From the NCBI GenBank assembly GCA_963801355.1, contig CAWDEM010000004.1, positions 1,056,001-1,120,000 of the forward strand: a stretch of 64,000 nucleotides of DNA, in the 5' to 3' direction. Position 1 is the first letter of the stretch. Every line of letters starts with the position of its first letter. Shown here in pieces: positions 60,632 through 64,000 of the stretch. Source of the stretch: Ignavibacteriota bacterium (GTDB lineage: Bacteria > Bacteroidota > Ignavibacteria > UBA10030 > UBA6906). The position numbers were made by a program, and so were the translations under genes. Below the pieces are notes generated by a model. It ran no database searches. It saw only the letters and a list, made by a program, of their open reading frames with translations, and was not told where the DNA came from.

Positions 60632-61141
60632 ATGAAACGCATGTGGTCACCCTGGCGGTCGCAGTACATCGCGTCGTTCAAGGACCCGCCGCGGAAAAAG
60701 AAGAGCACGCAGAGCTTTTTGACCGCCGCGCGCAAATCCCGGGATGACGACAAGCATCTCATTGTCTGGCGGGGGAAGACCTGCTTTGTGATCATGAACC
60801 GGTACCCGTACAACAGCGGGCACCTCATGGTCGTGCCCAACCGGCAGACCGCCGCACTCCAGGATTTGCGTGCTGACGAACTGTCCGAAATCATGCAGAC
60901 CGTCCAGCGTTCGATAAGGGCGCTGGACGCTGTCATGAGTCCCCAGGGGTACAATTTCGGGGCGAATCTGGGGCGTGTAAGCGGCGCCGGCGTCGACAAC
61001 CACATTCATTTTCACATTGTTCCGCGATGGAATGGCGACACCAACTTCATGCCCGTTCTTTCCGATACCAAGGTGATATCGGAGGACATGTCGAAAACCC
61101 TCAAAAAACTGCAGAAATTCTTCTATTCAGAAGAGAAGTGA
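60632..61141 (+). CDS. HIT-family (Ap4A hydrolase/FHIT-like) protein
   Basis: WSPWR, NRYPYNSGHLMV and HIHFHIVPRWNGDTNFM. Confidence 0.93.
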   Translation: MKRMWSPWRSQYIASFKDPPRKKKSTQSFLTAARKSRDDDKHLIVWRGKTCFVIMNRYPYNSGHLMVVPNRQTAALQDLRADELSEIMQTVQRSIRALDAVMSPQGYNFGANLGRVSGAGVDNHIHFHIVPRWNGDTNFMPVLSDTKVISEDMSKTLKKLQKFFYSEEK

Positions 61142-61142
61142 T

Positions 61143-61170
61143 TAAACGCTCCCCTTCCGGGGCTGTCTAA
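61143..61170 (+). promoter_or_regulatory. Putative autoregulatory ECF promoter (leaderless transcript)
   Basis: TAAAC-17 bp-GTCTAA ending 4 nt before the ATG at 61175; no SD. Confidence 0.5.
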
Positions 61171-61174
61171 TACC

Positions 61175-61729
61175 ATGGAGCCGTTGACCGATCTCGAGCT
61201 TGTCGAGGAGGTACGTGGCGGAAAACGTCAGGCGTTCTCGGAGCTGATGCGCCGGCACCAGGAGCGCATCTATTGGGCGGCACGCAGAATACTCGGGGAT
61301 CATGCTGACGCAGACGACGTGACGCAGGAGACATTCGTCAAGGCGTTCATGAACCTGGGGGATTTCCGTGGCGACGCAAGCTTTTTCACCTGGATTTACC
61401 GCATCGCCATCAACCTCTCTCTGAATGCCCTCCGCAAACGACACCTGATAAGCTATTTGAGGGAAAGCGAGCTGGCGAGAAAGGTCTTCCCTTCGCACGA
61501 GGACATCCACAAGGACCTGGAGGCGAAGGAAATGGAGTCGCTCGTCGCCCGCGCGGTTGCACTGCTGCCCGACAAGCAGCGTGCTGTCTTTGTGATGCGG
61601 TATTACGATGAGATGTCGTACGAAGAAATCTCCTACGTGCTCAAGACCTCCGTGGGGGGGTTGAAGGCGAATTATTTTCATGCACTCCACAAGGTGCGGG
61701 AGCATCTGAAAAATGCGATTGCGTCATGA
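61175..61729 (+). CDS. ECF RNA polymerase sigma factor
   Basis: DADDVTQETFVKAF, FFTWIYRIAIN and LPDKQRAVF..YEEIS. Confidence 0.95.
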   Translation: MEPLTDLELVEEVRGGKRQAFSELMRRHQERIYWAARRILGDHADADDVTQETFVKAFMNLGDFRGDASFFTWIYRIAINLSLNALRKRHLISYLRESELARKVFPSHEDIHKDLEAKEMESLVARAVALLPDKQRAVFVMRYYDEMSYEEISYVLKTSVGGLKANYFHALHKVREHLKNAIAS

Positions 61730-62231
61730 GCGAAAATACGCGACCGATGAGGAAGAGGAAGCTCTGGAACAGTCGGTGCGGACATTGGAGGGGCCTGTCG
61801 TCGAGCCGCAGCCTCCGGCCGCCTTCTGGTCCCGGCAGCGCGTTGATATCAACCGCCGGATCGATGAATCGACCAGCGGTGTCGCGTTGTCGCTGAGCTG
61901 GGCGGCGCGTGTGGCTATTCCCGGCGTTGTGGCTGTCCTCTCGTTCCTTATCGGCCTGAAATACTACGCTCCCCAGCAGCACGACGTGGAATCGCTGCGG
62001 GAGGCCACCGCGGGGCTGACGACTGCGACAGTCGAATCATTGTACGTTGCATCCATGGCGGCCCCTGACACAGCACTGTTCAACGACGTCCACGGAAGCC
62101 TCGTGACCTATGCGCGTGATCAGGCGGAGGAGTTCTACGTGGAGAACGTCGGAACGACCACACTGGTTGAAGGTCTGTCCGACCAGGAGTTGCATCAGGT
62201 GCTGGCTGCTTTGAGTTCTGTGGAGAAATAG
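61713..62231 (+). CDS. Putative membrane anti-sigma factor
   Basis: Overlaps the sigma gene; PPAAFW motif, a single TM and a periplasmic tail. Confidence 0.6.
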   Translation: MRLRHERKYATDEEEEALEQSVRTLEGPVVEPQPPAAFWSRQRVDINRRIDESTSGVALSLSWAARVAIPGVVAVLSFLIGLKYYAPQQHDVESLREATAGLTTATVESLYVASMAAPDTALFNDVHGSLVTYARDQAEEFYVENVGTTTLVEGLSDQELHQVLAALSSVEK

Positions 62232-62244
62232 TCGAGGAAAAACT

Positions 62245-62742
62245 ATGCGCATGTTGCGAATACTTACTGTGGCGTCTTTGCTCTTGTTTCCGGTGATGGC
62301 AATGGCGCAGCCGCCGGGGCCGGGCTCCGGGCAGAACAGGCACTCGTTCGAGCGCATCCAGCAGCTCATGAAGATCCGCATGGTCGAAACGCTCGATCTG
62401 AACGAAGAGCAATCGGTGCGTTTCATCGCTCGGTTCAACGAGCATGAAAAGAACCGGCGGGAATTGATGAAGCTCAAGAATGATGCGCTGGACAGGATTG
62501 ACAAGCTGATATCGGAATCGGCCGACGAGAGGGAAATCGAGAAGGCATTCCCCGACGTCCTGGCGATCGATGTAAGAATGATGGAGGAGCGGGCAAAATT
62601 CCATGAGGGCCTGTCGGACATTCTTACGATCCGGCAGAGGGCCAGACTCCTGCTGTTCGATCGGAAGTTTGAGCGCGAACTCAGAGATGCCGTTCGGGAG
62701 ACACAGCGCCGACGGATGAAAGGTGAGGAGATACGTCCTTAG
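62245..62742 (+). CDS. Periplasmic Spy/CpxP-like helical protein
   Basis: Signal peptide; LDLNEEQ and ILTIRQ (LTxxQ-like) motifs. Confidence 0.7.
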   Translation: MRMLRILTVASLLLFPVMAMAQPPGPGSGQNRHSFERIQQLMKIRMVETLDLNEEQSVRFIARFNEHEKNRRELMKLKNDALDRIDKLISESADEREIEKAFPDVLAIDVRMMEERAKFHEGLSDILTIRQRARLLLFDRKFERELRDAVRETQRRRMKGEEIRP

Positions 62743-62920
62743 GCGGTCGATTCCCAAAATTGGATTCCGTTTTCCCATTTGTGGCAAATCTGACCACCTG
62801 AGTGTTGATATAATCAACAATTGGGTGGTTCTTTCATGTTTCACCCTAAAGAAAACCGCATTTTTGAGTCGAATTACGAGGTTCGTTCTTTTGCGGGACT
62901 AGGCCTTCGCACACGTCTGT

Positions 62921-62935
62921 TGGCACAACAGTTGA
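62921..62935 (+). promoter_or_regulatory. Sigma54 (-24/-12) promoter of the cytochrome gene
   Basis: TGGCACAACAGTTGA; repeated TTCCCA..TGG sites upstream at about 62751-62785. Confidence 0.6.
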
Positions 62936-63158
62936 AACCCTAGTTGTGCTGATGCCGTACAGCCGTTCCTCCGTTCTTGCCGTTAGCTCTTACGTCCTTC
63001 GTTTCGAATTTGCCGAGAAAACCCTTTCCAGGCAATATCGGGTGCGGCTCCACATCGCTGGACGCCAGGGGGACAGATGGAGGCGGAAAGTGGGTATCGT
63101 CTGAGCGATGGAGCTGGGTTTTCTCAATCACCATTAACAAAAATAGAAAGGTAACACC

Positions 63159-64000
63159 ATGCCGCGTTTCTGTACTGTAGTTGGCGTGTTGCTGATCGCC
63201 GCGCTGCTGATTTCACCAATGTTCGATGCTTCGGCGGCGATCACGGTGAAGAAGACTGCACGGTCTTGGAATGAATTGGCTGGAACGACGACATCCAAGG
63301 GTCCGTGGAACATTCAAAACGGGCTGCGGGCAGTTGGTGTCGGAAGCCGTTCGTACTTCATTGCAGACACAACAGGTTCGGGTGCAGTCGGAACACCAAG
63401 TTGGACCATCACTGCGAAGCCGGCCGGGTCAACCCTTGCGGCTCTCGATAGTGCTAATGGAAAGTGGATCAACAGTATCAGACCGGACGTCGTTGGCCTG
63501 TATGCTGTCAGCGCGACTGTCGGCGGACAGACTGCAAGCGACACGATTTTTGCCAGCACGTACACCGGCGTTGGTGCCGATGCGAGCGCAGGCTGCTTCT
63601 GCCACGCTGCCCCTCTGCCCTCGACCCCGTCGACCGCAGCGGCGATCAAGACCGCGTGGTCGACTTCTGCGCATGCCACGGTGTTCAAGGAAGGAATCAC
63701 CGGTATGCTCGAAGTCGAGCGGGGCAAAGGTGCCTATGGCGCCAGTTGCATCAAGTGCCACACAACCGGATGGGATACCACTGCCACGAACGGCAACTTT
63801 GGCGTGCTGGTCAAAGCAACCGGTTGGGATACGACCTGGTACAAGGGCCTGGAGTTCCTTGGTGGTGATTACTGGACCACGACGGGCGATTCGACAAATT
63901 GGGTCTCGCTCACCAGCAATCAGAAGTCGCTGGCGACAATCGGCTGCGAGCAATGCCACGGTCCGGCTGCAGACCACAAAGCAGGCGGCGACAAGACGAA
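63159..64000 (+). CDS. Secreted multiheme cytochrome c (3'-truncated; not in the ORF track)
   Basis: Open frame from ATG 63159 with a signal peptide and a beta-rich N-terminal region, then GCFCH (63591), CIKCH (63747) and CEQCH (63945). Confidence 0.88.
   Translation, partial: MPRFCTVVGVLLIAALLISPMFDASAAITVKKTARSWNELAGTTTSKGPWNIQNGLRAVGVGSRSYFIADTTGSGAVGTPSWTITAKPAGSTLAALDSANGKWINSIRPDVVGLYAVSATVGGQTASDTIFASTYTGVGADASAGCFCHAAPLPSTPSTAAAIKTAWSTSAHATVFKEGITGMLEVERGKGAYGASCIKCHTTGWDTTATNGNFGVLVKATGWDTTWYKGLEFLGGDYWTTTGDSTNWVSLTSNQKSLATIGCEQCHGPAADHKAGGDKT

Noticed and set aside
1-64000. Mobile elements, prophage or defence islands
   Set aside because: No transposase, integrase, phage or defence motifs were seen, and no duplicated tRNA 3' end (att site) was noticed.

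Overview
A 64-kb, roughly 60% GC core-genome segment. It most likely comes from an Ignavibacteria-like FCB-group bacterium: it has T9SS/PorV genes and a Bacteroidota-type bS22, but also strong AGGAGG Shine-Dalgarno sites and TTGACA/TATATT promoters. From left to right it contains: the end of the spc/alpha ribosomal operons, with a tRNA-Gln inserted between rplR and rpsE; engB and a class V aminotransferase; a SusD-less TonB-dependent receptor / T9SS cargo / PorV-family operon, whose cargo gene has a local burst of frameshifts; a degenerate LmbE-like protein and an NHL protein; ssb, a DnaA-box cluster, carA, a frameshifted methyltransferase and lhr; an ATPase-less MacAB/YknXZ-like exporter with a heptamer-repeat mini-ORF; tlpA, class II nrdJ and a fatty-acid CoA ligase; nuoA-F fused to dut and downstream housekeeping genes; a split metH, a ferredoxin, queG and trxB; three tandem Hsp20 genes behind a complete sigma54 enhancer/IHF/promoter module; sppA, HU, a TPR protein, bS22, ytxH/ytxG-like genes, an EF-G paralog and HIT; an ECF sigma triad; and the 5' part of a secreted multiheme cytochrome with a CxCH motif. 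I saw no mobile elements, CRISPR arrays or rRNA. The best candidates for new biology are the TBDR-T9SS cargo-PorV module with its unusual leader, three structured 5' leaders, and the sigma54 Hsp20 regulatory module. All calls come from reading the sequence by eye; no database searches or computations were run.
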